A stretch of DNA of 64,000 nucleotides from Candidatus Nitrospinota bacterium M3_3B_026. GTDB taxonomy: Bacteria; Nitrospinota_A; UBA7883; JBPRGF01. The stretch spans positions 247,695-311,694 of the forward strand of contig JBPRGF010000023.1 in the NCBI GenBank assembly GCA_051418015.1. The letters are read 5' to 3'. Numbering within the stretch: position 1 is the first letter of the stretch; every line of letters starts with the position of its first letter. Positions 27,411-37,559 of this stretch are shown here, piece by piece. Position numbers and translations under genes: made by a program. The notes beneath the pieces were generated by a model. The model saw only the letters and a list, made by a program, of their open reading frames with translations. It ran no database searches and was not told where the DNA came from.

Positions 27411-28115
27411 ATGGGAACGGATATATCATCGCTTATACAAACCATCTCGGTGATGGCGCTGCCGGTCATACTGGCGGTGGTGCTGCACGAGGTGGCCCAC
27501 GGTTACGTGGCATGGAAGAAAGGGGACGACACCGCCCGGCGCATGGGCAGACTGACCCTGAACCCTATCGCGCACATTGACCCTTTCGGGACGGTGCTGC
27601 TGCCGATCCTCTTCTATTACACCACCGGTTTTCTCTTCGCCTACGCCAAGCCCGTGCCGGTGAACTTTTTCAACCTGCGCGACCCGAAAAAAGACATGGT
27701 GTGGGTCGCCGCCGCTGGGCCGGCCACGAACATCGTCCTGGCGGTGATATCGGCGCTTTTGCTGAAAGCGGTTGGCTGGATCAGCCCGGGGGCGCTGGCG
27801 GAGGTATACTCAAGCTTCATGGGCCGCGCCTCGGGGAGCAATCACCCCGTCTTCGTGCCGATAATATACATGCTCTACTTCTCCGTGGGGCTGAACGTCA
27901 TTCTGGCGGTCATAAACCTGATACCCGTCCCGCCCGCCGACGGGGGGCGCATCGCGGTGGGGCTTCTGCCGGACGAGCAGGCGCGGGCCTATTCGAAGAT
28001 AGAGCCCTACGGGCTGTTCATCCTCATCTTCGTCTTGCTTTTCAACGACTACCACCACATACTTGACTGGACCATACGCCCGCTGATCGGGGCAATACTG
28101 GGGATACTGCTTTGA
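27411..28115 (+). CDS. Site-2 protease (M50 family)
   Basis: HEVAH, GD.TA..MGRLTLNP..HIDP, AAAGP..N, NLIPVPPADG. Confidence 0.93.
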   Translation: MGTDISSLIQTISVMALPVILAVVLHEVAHGYVAWKKGDDTARRMGRLTLNPIAHIDPFGTVLLPILFYYTTGFLFAYAKPVPVNFFNLRDPKKDMVWVAAAGPATNIVLAVISALLLKAVGWISPGALAEVYSSFMGRASGSNHPVFVPIIYMLYFSVGLNVILAVINLIPVPPADGGRIAVGLLPDEQARAYSKIEPYGLFILIFVLLFNDYHHILDWTIRPLIGAILGILL

Positions 28116-28132
28116 CGAGAAGACGGCCTGAC

Positions 28133-29161
28133 GTGACCAGAAAAAAAGTCCTGTCCGGGATGCAGACGACGGGCAAGCTCCACCTTGGCAACCTCCTCGG
28201 AGCCCTGGACAACTGGGTCCGCCTCCAGGACGAGTATGATTGTTACTACTTCGCGGCGGACTGGCACGCCCTCTCCGCCAACTACGCGGACACGGAGGAG
28301 CTGAAGGAGAACCTCATCGACCTGGGGGTCAACTGGCTGGCCGCGGGGCTGGAGCCGGAAAGGAGCGTCCTTTTCATCCAGTCGCTCATCCACGAGCACG
28401 CGGTCTTGAGCCTCCTGTTCTCCATGATAACCCCCATCCCCTGGCTCGAGCGCGTGCCGAGCTACAAGGAGAAGATGGAGCAGGTGGAAAACAGGGACCT
28501 TCACACCTACGGCTTCCTTGGCTACCCCGTCCTGCAGGCGGCGGACATCGTATTGTACAAGGCCGACTTCGTGCCGGTGGGAATCGACCAGGCGCCGCAC
28601 CTTGAGCTCACCCGGGAGATCGTCCGCAGGTTCCACGACATATACGGCCGGAAGGTTTTTGTCGAGCCGCGGGCGCTGATGAGCGAGGTGCCGAAGCTGC
28701 CGGGGCTGGACGGGCGCAAGATGAGCAAGTCCTACAACAACGCCATATACCTTTCGGACACAAAGGAGGAGATGGCGGCGAAAATAAAGGACATCATCAC
28801 CGACCCGGCGAGGATACGAAAGACCGATCCCGGCGACCCTGAAAAGTGCGTCGCATGGTCATTCCACAAGGTTTTTTCATCGCCGGAGGAAAACGCCCTG
28901 ACGGAAAAGGAGTGCAAAACCGCCGCCAGGGGGTGCGTCGCCTGCAAGAACATCCTGGCCGAGAACGTCTTCAAAAGGATAGGCCCCCTGCTCGAAAAGC
29001 GGGAGCGCTGGGGCGCGCGGAAAAAGGACGTCCTGGACATCCTGCTTGAGGGCACGGAAAAGGCCCGCGCGATCGCCAGGGAGACCCTCGCCGAAGCCGA
29101 GGCGGCGGTGAAAATCGACATCGTGAGTCTTGCGGAAAAAGCCGGGTTGAAGGCAAAATAA
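28133..29161 (+). CDS. trpS: Tryptophan--tRNA ligase
   Basis: SGMQTTGKLHLGN, YPVLQAADI, VPVG.DQ..H, KMSKS. Confidence 0.96.
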   Translation: MTRKKVLSGMQTTGKLHLGNLLGALDNWVRLQDEYDCYYFAADWHALSANYADTEELKENLIDLGVNWLAAGLEPERSVLFIQSLIHEHAVLSLLFSMITPIPWLERVPSYKEKMEQVENRDLHTYGFLGYPVLQAADIVLYKADFVPVGIDQAPHLELTREIVRRFHDIYGRKVFVEPRALMSEVPKLPGLDGRKMSKSYNNAIYLSDTKEEMAAKIKDIITDPARIRKTDPGDPEKCVAWSFHKVFSSPEENALTEKECKTAARGCVACKNILAENVFKRIGPLLEKRERWGARKKDVLDILLEGTEKARAIARETLAEAEAAVKIDIVSLAEKAGLKAK

Positions 29162-29196
29162 AATATCGCCGGACAGGCGGCGGGTTTTGCGAAAAC

Positions 29197-29739
29197 ATGG
29201 GCTGGATCATGAGGCAAAAGACACTATCCGTGGCGGCGGGTTTTTTAATTCTGCTGGCCTGCGGGGCCGCCGCGGCCTCCGTCGATCCTGAAAGCTTTTT
29301 CGAGCCCACCTTCAACGACCTCCCCGAGGAACTGGCCATGGCCGAAAGCGAGGGCAAGCGGCTCGTGATAATGTACGAGCAGGAGGGATGCCCCTTCTGC
29401 TGGAAAATGCGCCGGGACGTGCTGAATCGCGAGGAGGTACACGACTACTACCACCAGCGCTACAGGATCATCCAGATGGACATCAGGGGCTCGCTTTCGG
29501 TGACGGACTTTGACGGCGAGGTCAGGACGCAGAAGGAGTTCTCGATCGGGCAGAACGTGCGCCACACGCCGGTGTTCATATTCTACGACGAGAACGGCAG
29601 GGAGCTTCACCGCCTGATAGGGTTTTACAGCAGGGAGGAGTTTTTGCTGGCGGGGGAATACGTGGAGTCCGGCGCGTACCAGGATGAGGATTTTTTTCTC
29701 TGGCTCAAGAGGCGCAAAGAGGCCGGAAACACCCGATGA
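29197..29739 (+). CDS. Exported thioredoxin-fold protein (SoxW-like)
   Basis: Signal peptide, DL.EEL..A..EGK, EQEGCPFC, cis-Pro loop VRHTP.F.F.D..G. Confidence 0.85.
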   Translation: MGWIMRQKTLSVAAGFLILLACGAAAASVDPESFFEPTFNDLPEELAMAESEGKRLVIMYEQEGCPFCWKMRRDVLNREEVHDYYHQRYRIIQMDIRGSLSVTDFDGEVRTQKEFSIGQNVRHTPVFIFYDENGRELHRLIGFYSREEFLLAGEYVESGAYQDEDFFLWLKRRKEAGNTR

Positions 29740-31052
29740 ACCCTTTCCGCGGCCTTGCTTTCGCGGCCGCCGTCATGATCGCGGCGGCATCCCCGGCGGC
29801 TTCGGACGCGCCTAAGGTGAAAAGCCCCGCGGACCTTGCCTTCCTCGTGGAGTACGCCCTCGACAATAGCCCCCTGTTGAAGTCACTATCCGCGGAGGCC
29901 GAGGCCAGCGCCAGCAGGACTGAAGCGGCGAGGGAGGAATGGTATCCCAGGCTGGAGGCGGCCTTCAGCCACGCGCAGGTCAGCCCCATCGCCGACTCCG
30001 GCGCCATCGACGAAACCTGGTGGAATGTCTCCGCCCGCCAGAGGATCCTTGATTTCGGGCGGACCTCCTCCATGGTCAAAAGCCTCAAGAGCCGCGAGCT
30101 GGCGCAGAAGCAGAGGGAAAAACGCGCCCGGCAGGCCCTGCAGGCCGAAGTGGCGAAGAGGTACTATGACTACCTGCTCGCCCTGGAGGCCGTGGACGTC
30201 TATCTGCAGACCAACGCCATAGCCTACGTCCACTGGGACAGGGACAGGGAAAAACACGGCGTCGGGCTGGTCTCAAGGCGCCAAATGGTGGAAAAAGAGC
30301 TTATATACAGAAGGGAAAAGCTCAACCTGACCAGCGCGGAGCAGGAAGCCGTGCTCAGGCTCAACCTTCTGCAAGAAGTCATCGGCGCGCCGGTGGGGGA
30401 CTATTTCGAGGTCGAGCGCGCCCCGGAAAACCCGCCGGAGATAGACCTTCCCGGCCTTGAGGAGCTTGAGAGGGAGGCTCTCTCGAAAAGGCCCGAGATG
30501 GCCATGCTCGACGCCCGCATCGACGCCTTGCGTGCGCGGCTCGCGGCGGTGAAGTCGGAGTATTTCCCGACCGTCGAGGGCGTCGCCGAAACAGGAGACT
30601 CGTCGAGAGACCTGTTGTCGGTGAACCGCTGGAAGGTGGGGGTCGAGGCGCAGATCACCCTTTTCGACGGCTTCACCCGCGATTCGCGGATGGACGAGAT
30701 CGAGGCCAGGATCCGCTCCCTGGAGTTCGACAGGGAGACACAGGCGCGGCGCGTGAGGATGGAGGTCCGGCAGGCCCACTCCAGGCTGGCCGTCGCGGAG
30801 CACAGGGTCCTTCTGGCCAAGGCGCGCATAAAAAAAGCCCAGGAAAACCTCGACTATGCCCGCTCCGAGTACGAGCTGGACCTGCTGGCGGAGCTGGGGG
30901 ACGCCTTCGCCGAGTACGCCAAGGCCAGAATGTTCCAGATGAGGACAAACTTCAACCTGCGGCTCGACCTGATGACGCTGGCGCTGGCCGTGGGGGACGA
31001 CCCGCTTCCGCTTGGCGTGATATCGAAACAGGAGGAGAGACAGGAAAAATGA
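29736..31052 (+). CDS. TolC-family outer-membrane channel
   Basis: Signal peptide, AL.NSP, YPRL, Q.ILDFG, AL.KRPE, FPTV, LFDG; duplicated OEP architecture. Confidence 0.88.
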   Translation: MNPFRGLAFAAAVMIAAASPAASDAPKVKSPADLAFLVEYALDNSPLLKSLSAEAEASASRTEAAREEWYPRLEAAFSHAQVSPIADSGAIDETWWNVSARQRILDFGRTSSMVKSLKSRELAQKQREKRARQALQAEVAKRYYDYLLALEAVDVYLQTNAIAYVHWDRDREKHGVGLVSRRQMVEKELIYRREKLNLTSAEQEAVLRLNLLQEVIGAPVGDYFEVERAPENPPEIDLPGLEELEREALSKRPEMAMLDARIDALRARLAAVKSEYFPTVEGVAETGDSSRDLLSVNRWKVGVEAQITLFDGFTRDSRMDEIEARIRSLEFDRETQARRVRMEVRQAHSRLAVAEHRVLLAKARIKKAQENLDYARSEYELDLLAELGDAFAEYAKARMFQMRTNFNLRLDLMTLALAVGDDPLPLGVISKQEERQEK

Positions 31053-31573
31053 CAGGTTTTGTCAGGATGGCCATCGCAACCGCCGTTATCTCTCACTTCG
31101 CGCCGGTCTCCGCGCTGGCGGACAGCATGACGATAGTATCCCGCGTGTCGGGCGTGGTGGAGTCCATAGAAGCGCGGGAGGGTCAATTCGTCGAGAAGGG
31201 CGCGCCGCTCGCGCGGCTGGACGACGATCTGGCCAGGATCGCGGTCCGCAAGGCGCGGGCGAGGGTCAGGGCCGCGGAGGCCAGGGAGCTGGAGACGGCC
31301 CGGCATCTTGAAAGAGAGGAAATCATGATGAAACGCGGTCTCATCCCCCCTTCGGAGCTGGAGGATGCGCAGACAGCCGCGGCGGAGGCGGCGGGCGAGG
31401 CGGAGCTTGCCAGGGCGGCGCTGGAAGAGGCGGAGTTGAATCTGGAATACATGGTGGTCAGGGCTCCGGCGCCCGGAAAAGTCATAAAGGTCCACGCCTA
31501 TTCCGGGCAGGTCATCAGGCTTGACGTGGAGCTTTCGCCCCTGTTCGAGATCACCCGCGCGCGCGAAGACTGA
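31049..31573 (+). CDS. Short periplasmic adaptor (membrane-fusion protein) with lipoyl and alpha-hairpin parts only
   Basis: VSGVVE....EGQFV.KG.PLARLD, Ala-rich coiled coil, VRAPAPGKV; 174 aa. Confidence 0.85.
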   Translation: MTGFVRMAIATAVISHFAPVSALADSMTIVSRVSGVVESIEAREGQFVEKGAPLARLDDDLARIAVRKARARVRAAEARELETARHLEREEIMMKRGLIPPSELEDAQTAAAEAAGEAELARAALEEAELNLEYMVVRAPAPGKVIKVHAYSGQVIRLDVELSPLFEITRARED

Positions 31574-31581
31574 CCTTCCCC

Positions 31582-31604
31582 GGGGCCGGGGAGCCCCTTC
31601 TTTT
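31582..31604 (+). terminator. Weak intrinsic terminator after the adaptor gene
   Basis: GGGGC-CGGGGA-GCCCC then TTCTTTT. Confidence 0.4.
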
Positions 31605-31678
31605 GCCGGAAATTTTTTAAAAACTCCGAAAGTGTCCGTAATAATCTCATTGAACAGCTACGGCCATATCAGGGAAAA

Positions 31679-32614
31679 ATGAAGTTCAAGCTTCGCATAC
31701 CAAAAAGAGGATGGACGCTGATCCACCTTGCGTTGCTTTTGTGGGCGGCGTGGATAGCGGCCGGGATCGTGGACGGGATCATCTCCGGCGCCACAACCAC
31801 GGCGGCGCCCCGCAGGCCCGCCGCCCCGGAAAGGAGCGTGGCGAAGGTCTCCTTCGAGCCCGCGCCGGATTACTCCTACATATTGAAAAGAAACATCTTC
31901 AACTCCTCCCAGAGTCCGGGGGAGAGCGGGAGCCTCGAGGCGCAGGGAGCGTCCCCGGACGCCCTGGACGATGGGCTTTCCCCGGAAAGCGCGCCGAAAA
32001 CGCCGCTGGGCCTCAAGCTGATCGGCACCGTCACAGACCTTCTGGACGAGCTTCGCTTCGCCGTCATAGAGATCACCAAAACAGGCGAGCAGCGCCTCCT
32101 GCGGAAAAACGGCGAGATACTCGGGGCGAGGATAATACGGATCGAGCGCAACAGGGTTTTCCTGGAACGGCAGGGAACGGTGGAGGCGCTGGGGGTGGAC
32201 TTCGCCGGAGAAGACAAAAGGCACGGGCAAAAGATGGCGTCGCTGACGCCCGCCGCCGGTCTCGGAGGCCCGGGCGTCCGAAAAATATCCGAGGGGGAGT
32301 TCATGATCTCCAAGCGCTTCCTGGAGTCCAAGCTCAAGAACATGAACAGGCTTTTGACCAAGGCGCGGGCTATCCCCAACATAAACAAGGACGGCGTCAC
32401 CGACGGCTTCAAGGTTTTCTCCATCAAGAAAGGCTCGATTTTCGACAAGATAGGTTTGAAAAACCACGACGTCATCAAAAGGATAAACGGCGTGGAGCTC
32501 GACTCCGCCGAGAAGGGCCTGGAGCTTTTCCAGGCCCTGCGAAACGAGACGAACTTTGAGGTGGACCTTGTCCGCAACGCAAAGAAAACGAGCATGAGGT
32601 TTACTATCCAATGA
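31679..32614 (+). CDS. gspC: Type II secretion protein C (with PDZ domain)
   Basis: TM segment, RNIF, LKLIGTV, C-terminal PDZ (IGLKNHDVI..ING); first gene of the cluster. Confidence 0.9.
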   Translation: MKFKLRIPKRGWTLIHLALLLWAAWIAAGIVDGIISGATTTAAPRRPAAPERSVAKVSFEPAPDYSYILKRNIFNSSQSPGESGSLEAQGASPDALDDGLSPESAPKTPLGLKLIGTVTDLLDELRFAVIEITKTGEQRLLRKNGEILGARIIRIERNRVFLERQGTVEALGVDFAGEDKRHGQKMASLTPAAGLGGPGVRKISEGEFMISKRFLESKLKNMNRLLTKARAIPNINKDGVTDGFKVFSIKKGSIFDKIGLKNHDVIKRINGVELDSAEKGLELFQALRNETNFEVDLVRNAKKTSMRFTIQ

Positions 32615-34683
32615 CAAGTGTCAGGACTTTCGGTCTGTTCGTGATTGTCGCCTTATCCGTCCTGCCCCCGGGGCCGAAGGCCTCCACGGCCCAGGATACG
32701 CTGTCGTCCCCCGCAAGCCGGGAGGCCGCCGCCACGCCTCCGCTGCCCAAGCCCGGGGAGAAGGTGAACATAGACTTCAACGAGGCGGACATCAAGGTGG
32801 TGGCAAAGTTCATAGCCGAGCTGACGGGCCGCAACTTCGTTATCGACGAGAAGGTCCGCGGCAAGGTGACCATCATCTCCCCGAAAAAGGTGACCGCCGA
32901 GGAGGCCATGAGGGTCTTCGAGTCCACGCTGGAGGTCTACGGCTACACGCTGGTGGAGGCGGGGGCTGTGACAAAGATAATCCCCGCCACGGAGGCCCGC
33001 CAGCGCGGCTCGTTCACCACGAAGCCCAGCCAGCCCGGCGACAGGATGGTGATAAGGCTCATACCCTTGAAGTACGTCAAGGCTGACGAGATGGTGAACA
33101 TCCTGCGCCCACTGGTGCCGCCTTACAGCTACATCACCGCCTATTCCAGCACAAACACACTTATCCTGGCCGACTACGAGTCCAACGCGGCCAAGATAGT
33201 GGGCATCACCGAAAGGCTGGACGCCCCCGGCCACGAGGAGGTGGTCAGCGTCGTTCACCTGAACTACGCCGGGGCTAAGGAGACGGCGGAAAAGCTGGAG
33301 AAACTCTACGGCGACGGCGGCAGGAAACTGGCCCAGCGCGGGCGCCCCTCCCCTCCCGGCGCCCCCCCTGGAGCCCAGGAGGCGGGGGAGCCGCAGATCA
33401 TACCGGATGACAGGATAAACGCCCTCATCGTGGTGGCGAGCAGAAAACAGACCGACCAGATAATCTCCCTCATAGAACAACTCGACATCAAGCCGCCCGT
33501 GGGAAGCCGCAGGATCAACGTCTACTACCTGAAAAACGCCGACGCCGAGGAGATCGCCAAGGTGCTCAACAACATAACCGGCGAGAAAGGCGCCGCCGCG
33601 CCAGGAAAGCCCGGCCAGCCGCCCACGGGGGCGGTGCGGCTGGGGGGTGAAGTAAGCGTAACTCCCGACAGGGCTACGAACTCGCTGGTTATCACGGCTT
33701 CCGTGGAGGATTACGAGACCCTTACGGAAGTGATCGAAAAGCTGGACACGCGCCGAAGCCAGGTCTTCGTGGAGGCGCTCATAATGGAAGTGACCACGGA
33801 CAAGACGCGCCAGTTCGGCGTCGAGTGGCGGACAACCTCCAACTTCACCGAGTCCGGCGTCCAGGGGATAGGTGGAACCAACTTCGGGAACATCAACACC
33901 GTCGCCCAGGACCCCCTCTCCGCGCCGCCGGGCCTGACCATCGGCGTGGTGGACGGAGTGATAAGCTACGCCGGCAAGGAGTTTCTGAACCTGGGAGCCT
34001 TGATCCACGCCCTCCAGGCCGAGACGGGGATAAACATTCTGTCCACGCCCAACATCATGACAACCGACAACGAGGAAGCGGAGATCATGGTGGGGCAGAA
34101 CGTACCCTTCGTCACCGGCCAGTCCCAGAGCGCCGGGGGCACGACCCTTACCACGATAGAGCGCAAGAACATCGGCATCACCCTGAGGATAACGCCGCAG
34201 ATATCGGAGTCCGACAACGTCAAGCTCAATGTCTACCAGGAGATATCCTCCATAGCCCCCACACAGCTTGAAAAGGCCAAGGACCTCATAACCTTCACCA
34301 GGTCCGTGAAAACCACGGTCATAGTGCACGATGAACAGAACATAGTCCTCGGCGGGCTTATCCGGGACGACACGAACGACTCGGAATCCAAAGTCCCCGG
34401 CCTGGGCGACGTGCCGCTTTTCGGCTGGCTGTTCAAGGCCAAGTCCAAGAAAAAACAGAAGACGAACCTGCTCGTCTTCCTCACGCCCCATATAATCAGA
34501 AGCGACACCGACGTGGACAGGATAACCAGCCAGCGCTCCGAGCTCATGGAGATGGCGCCGGAGGCGGGAGAGTTCGGCGGGGCTGTGCAGGAGAGGAAAA
34601 ACGGAACGCCGGCCCCGGAAGAGGAGGAAAAGGCCGGGGACGACGACTCCCCCGGTATATGGGAAGACCCGCTGACGTTCTGA
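32611..34683 (+). CDS. gspD: Type II secretion secretin
   Basis: NIDF..ADI, V.GKVTIISP, N-domain repeats, QVFVEALI.EV, ILSTP, VGQNVPF, LGGLI, KVPGLGDVP..GWLF. Confidence 0.95.
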   Translation: MTSVRTFGLFVIVALSVLPPGPKASTAQDTLSSPASREAAATPPLPKPGEKVNIDFNEADIKVVAKFIAELTGRNFVIDEKVRGKVTIISPKKVTAEEAMRVFESTLEVYGYTLVEAGAVTKIIPATEARQRGSFTTKPSQPGDRMVIRLIPLKYVKADEMVNILRPLVPPYSYITAYSSTNTLILADYESNAAKIVGITERLDAPGHEEVVSVVHLNYAGAKETAEKLEKLYGDGGRKLAQRGRPSPPGAPPGAQEAGEPQIIPDDRINALIVVASRKQTDQIISLIEQLDIKPPVGSRRINVYYLKNADAEEIAKVLNNITGEKGAAAPGKPGQPPTGAVRLGGEVSVTPDRATNSLVITASVEDYETLTEVIEKLDTRRSQVFVEALIMEVTTDKTRQFGVEWRTTSNFTESGVQGIGGTNFGNINTVAQDPLSAPPGLTIGVVDGVISYAGKEFLNLGALIHALQAETGINILSTPNIMTTDNEEAEIMVGQNVPFVTGQSQSAGGTTLTTIERKNIGITLRITPQISESDNVKLNVYQEISSIAPTQLEKAKDLITFTRSVKTTVIVHDEQNIVLGGLIRDDTNDSESKVPGLGDVPLFGWLFKAKSKKKQKTNLLVFLTPHIIRSDTDVDRITSQRSELMEMAPEAGEFGGAVQERKNGTPAPEEEEKAGDDDSPGIWEDPLTF

Positions 34684-34687
34684 GGCC

Positions 34688-36310
34688 ATGGAGAACGATA
34701 CGCCAAAAACGCAGACAAACGGCCGGGAACGGCGCCCCGCGGGGATGAGCCGCGGCGAGCTGGCCGCGCTGGCGGAGAGGCTCGGCTATGAATGGCTGGA
34801 CGATATCGACGTCGAGGAGCTGGACCTCGACCTTTTCTCCAGAACGTCCTTCCAGTTCGCGCGGGCCAGCCTGGTCTTGCCGCTCAGGGAAGAGGAGGCC
34901 GAGCTGGTCGTGGCGACGGCGCGCCCGCTGGATGTCCAACCGCTGGACGATCTGCGGCTGCTTTACGGGAAGCCGGTGAAAATAGCCGTGGCGGACGAGC
35001 AAACGCTGACGGACGCCATAAACAAAGCATACGACATGTCCGCCAACACCGCCAGGGAGATCATAGACAACATCACCGAGGAGGAGGACATAAACCAGCT
35101 CGTCCACGGCCTGCCGGAGGACCTGCTGGAGACCTCCGAGGAGGCGCCGGTCATACGCCTGGTCAACTCCGTCCTGGTCCAGGCCGCAAAGGAGAGGGCC
35201 TCGGACATACACGTGGAGCCATACGAACGCGACCTGGTGGTGCGTCTGCGCGTGGACGGCTCCCTGCGGGACGTGGCCCATCCGCCGAAGAGCCTGCAGC
35301 CGCTCATCGTCTCAAGGATAAAGGTCATGGCCGGGCTGGACATCGCCGAGAAACGCCTGCCCCAGGACGGCAGGCTCAAGATAGTGATCGCCGGAAAGGA
35401 TATCGACATCAGGATAAGCGTCATCCCCACGTCCCACGGCGAACGGGTGGTCATGCGCCTTCTGGACAAGTCGTCCATGCTCCTTGGATTCAAAAACATC
35501 GGCATGAAAGGGCAAGTCGAAAAAGATTTCAAAAAACTCATCCAGGCGCCGCACGGGATCCTCCTCGTCTGCGGCCCGACAGGCTCCGGCAAGACCACGA
35601 CGCTGTACACCGCCCTGAGCCACATAAACTCCCCCGACAAGAACATAATCACCGTGGAGGACCCTGTCGAGTATCAGCTGAAGGGAATTGGCCAGATGCA
35701 GGTGAACACGAAAATAGGGCTGACCTTCGCCTCCGGCCTTCGCTCGATCCTCAGGCAGGACCCGGACATCATCATGGTCGGCGAGATACGCGACCTGGAG
35801 ACGGCCCAGATAGCCGTCCAGGCGTCGCTGACGGGTCACCTGGTCTTCTCCACCCTCCACACCAACGACGCCGCAGGGGCCGTCACGAGGCTGGAGGACA
35901 TGGGGATAGAGCCTTTTCTGATATCGTCCTCCCTGCTCGGCGTGATGGCCCAGAGGCTGGCGCGCGTCCTCTGCCCGGCGTGCCGCAGACCATACAAACC
36001 AGAGCCGGAGCATCTCCGGGAACTGGGGCTGAGTCCCGCCTTCGCCCCCGCCGGCGCGGTCTTCCATCATCCCGCCGGGTGCGAAAAGTGCGCCGGGTCG
36101 GGCTACAGGGGGCGCGTGGGGATATTCGAGCTTCTCATGGTGGACGAGAATATCCGCTCGCTGATCCTGAAAGGCGCCGACGCCACGGGTATAAGGAAAA
36201 CGGCCGCTGGAAAAGGATTCAGGACCATGCGCGAATACGGGGCCTCCCTGGCCCTGGAGGGGGTAACATCGCTGGAAGAGGTCGCCCGCGTCACGGCGGA
36301 CGCTGACTGA
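34688..36310 (+). CDS. gspE: Type II secretion ATPase
   Basis: ASDIHVEP, DIAEKRLPQDGR, GPTGSGKTTT, LRQDPD, TGHLVFSTLH, CxxC...CxxC. Confidence 0.95.
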   Translation: MENDTPKTQTNGRERRPAGMSRGELAALAERLGYEWLDDIDVEELDLDLFSRTSFQFARASLVLPLREEEAELVVATARPLDVQPLDDLRLLYGKPVKIAVADEQTLTDAINKAYDMSANTAREIIDNITEEEDINQLVHGLPEDLLETSEEAPVIRLVNSVLVQAAKERASDIHVEPYERDLVVRLRVDGSLRDVAHPPKSLQPLIVSRIKVMAGLDIAEKRLPQDGRLKIVIAGKDIDIRISVIPTSHGERVVMRLLDKSSMLLGFKNIGMKGQVEKDFKKLIQAPHGILLVCGPTGSGKTTTLYTALSHINSPDKNIITVEDPVEYQLKGIGQMQVNTKIGLTFASGLRSILRQDPDIIMVGEIRDLETAQIAVQASLTGHLVFSTLHTNDAAGAVTRLEDMGIEPFLISSSLLGVMAQRLARVLCPACRRPYKPEPEHLRELGLSPAFAPAGAVFHHPAGCEKCAGSGYRGRVGIFELLMVDENIRSLILKGADATGIRKTAAGKGFRTMREYGASLALEGVTSLEEVARVTADAD

Positions 36311-36320
36311 GGTTTTTGTC

Positions 36321-37538
36321 ATGGCGGTATACGAGTACCAGGGATACGACACGAAAGGCAAAAGAGCCTCCGGCGTGGTGGACGCCGAGAGCCCCAGGGT
36401 GGCCAGAATGAAACTGCGCCGCCAGGGGATCCTCGCCTCGAAGGTGACCTCCGCCTCCGAAAAAAGCGGCATCCTCAAAAGCCCCGTCGGCGCCCTTTTC
36501 AGCAGAATAGGCGCGAAAGACCTGGCCGCCTTCACGCGGCACTTGTCCACACTGCTGGCGGGAGGGCTGACCCTCGTGGACTCGCTCGACTCCCTGCGCG
36601 AGCAGACCCAGAACACCGCCTTCAAAAAAGTGGTCACGGACATCCGCGACAACGTGGCGCAGGGGTCGTCGCTCGCCGACGCGCTCTCAAGGCATCCCGG
36701 CCAGTTCGACGCGCTGTACGTGAACCTCGTCCGCGCGGGCGAGGCCACCGGGGCGCTGGACCGGACGCTGCGCAGGCTGGCGGAGTTCAACGAGGAGAGG
36801 CTCAAAAGCAGGCGCAAGGTGACGGCGGCGATGATATACCCGGCCATCATGACGGTGGTGGGGGCCGGCGTCCTGCTTTTCCTGCTCGCCTCCGTAATGC
36901 CGAAGATACAGACCATATTCGAGGACACCCGCCAGGCCCTGCCCCTGCCGACGGTTTTCCTGCTGTGGTTGTCGGATTTTCTGGCGTCCTGGTGGCCAGG
37001 ACTCGTCCTGGCGGCGGCCCTTTCGGCCTACGGCCTGCGCCGGTATGCCAGGACGGAAAAGGGCCGGGCGAGGATGGACAGGGCGCTCTTGCGCCTGCCT
37101 CTTTTCGGGGAGCTTGTCCGCGCGGCGGCGATAGCGCGCTTCTCCAGGGCGCTGTCCACGCTGCTGGCGGGGGGCGTGACGCTGGTGGAGGCGATGCGCG
37201 TTACGGGGCGGATCGCCGGCAACACGCAGCTCAGGGAAGCCATAGACCAGGCCATCGTGAACATCACCGAAGGGGAGGCGATGGCGGACCCCTTCAGGCG
37301 CTCGGGCCTTTTTCCCCCGCTGGTGACGCAGATGATAGACGCCGGCGAGCGCTCCGGGTCGCTCACGGAGATGCTGGAGAAGATAGCCGACGCCTACGAC
37401 TTCGAGGTGGAAACCAGCGTGGCGACGCTGACGTCGCTCGTGGAGCCGGCGCTGATCCTTGTCATGGGCGGCGCGGTCGGCTTCATCGTGATGGCGATAC
37501 TGCTCCCCATATTCGAGCTGAGCCAGCTTACGGGATGA
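36321..37538 (+). CDS. gspF: Type II secretion inner-membrane platform protein
   Basis: FTRHL.TLL..G, GE.TG.L, AMIYP, GE.SG.L..ML, L.EP. Confidence 0.95.
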   Translation: MAVYEYQGYDTKGKRASGVVDAESPRVARMKLRRQGILASKVTSASEKSGILKSPVGALFSRIGAKDLAAFTRHLSTLLAGGLTLVDSLDSLREQTQNTAFKKVVTDIRDNVAQGSSLADALSRHPGQFDALYVNLVRAGEATGALDRTLRRLAEFNEERLKSRRKVTAAMIYPAIMTVVGAGVLLFLLASVMPKIQTIFEDTRQALPLPTVFLLWLSDFLASWWPGLVLAAALSAYGLRRYARTEKGRARMDRALLRLPLFGELVRAAAIARFSRALSTLLAGGVTLVEAMRVTGRIAGNTQLREAIDQAIVNITEGEAMADPFRRSGLFPPLVTQMIDAGERSGSLTEMLEKIADAYDFEVETSVATLTSLVEPALILVMGGAVGFIVMAILLPIFELSQLTG

Positions 37539-37559
37539 AACTAGCATGAGGATGGAAAA

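Noticed and set aside
27411..29161. Site-2 protease next to trpS
   Set aside because: A known, widespread adjacency.
32653..34689. Long antisense or alternate-frame ORFs (e.g. 32653-34689, 36687-38726, 16202-18037, 18390-20228, 48622-50136)
   Set aside because: They shadow well-supported genes, have no recognisable motifs, and are expected in high-GC DNA with few stop codons.
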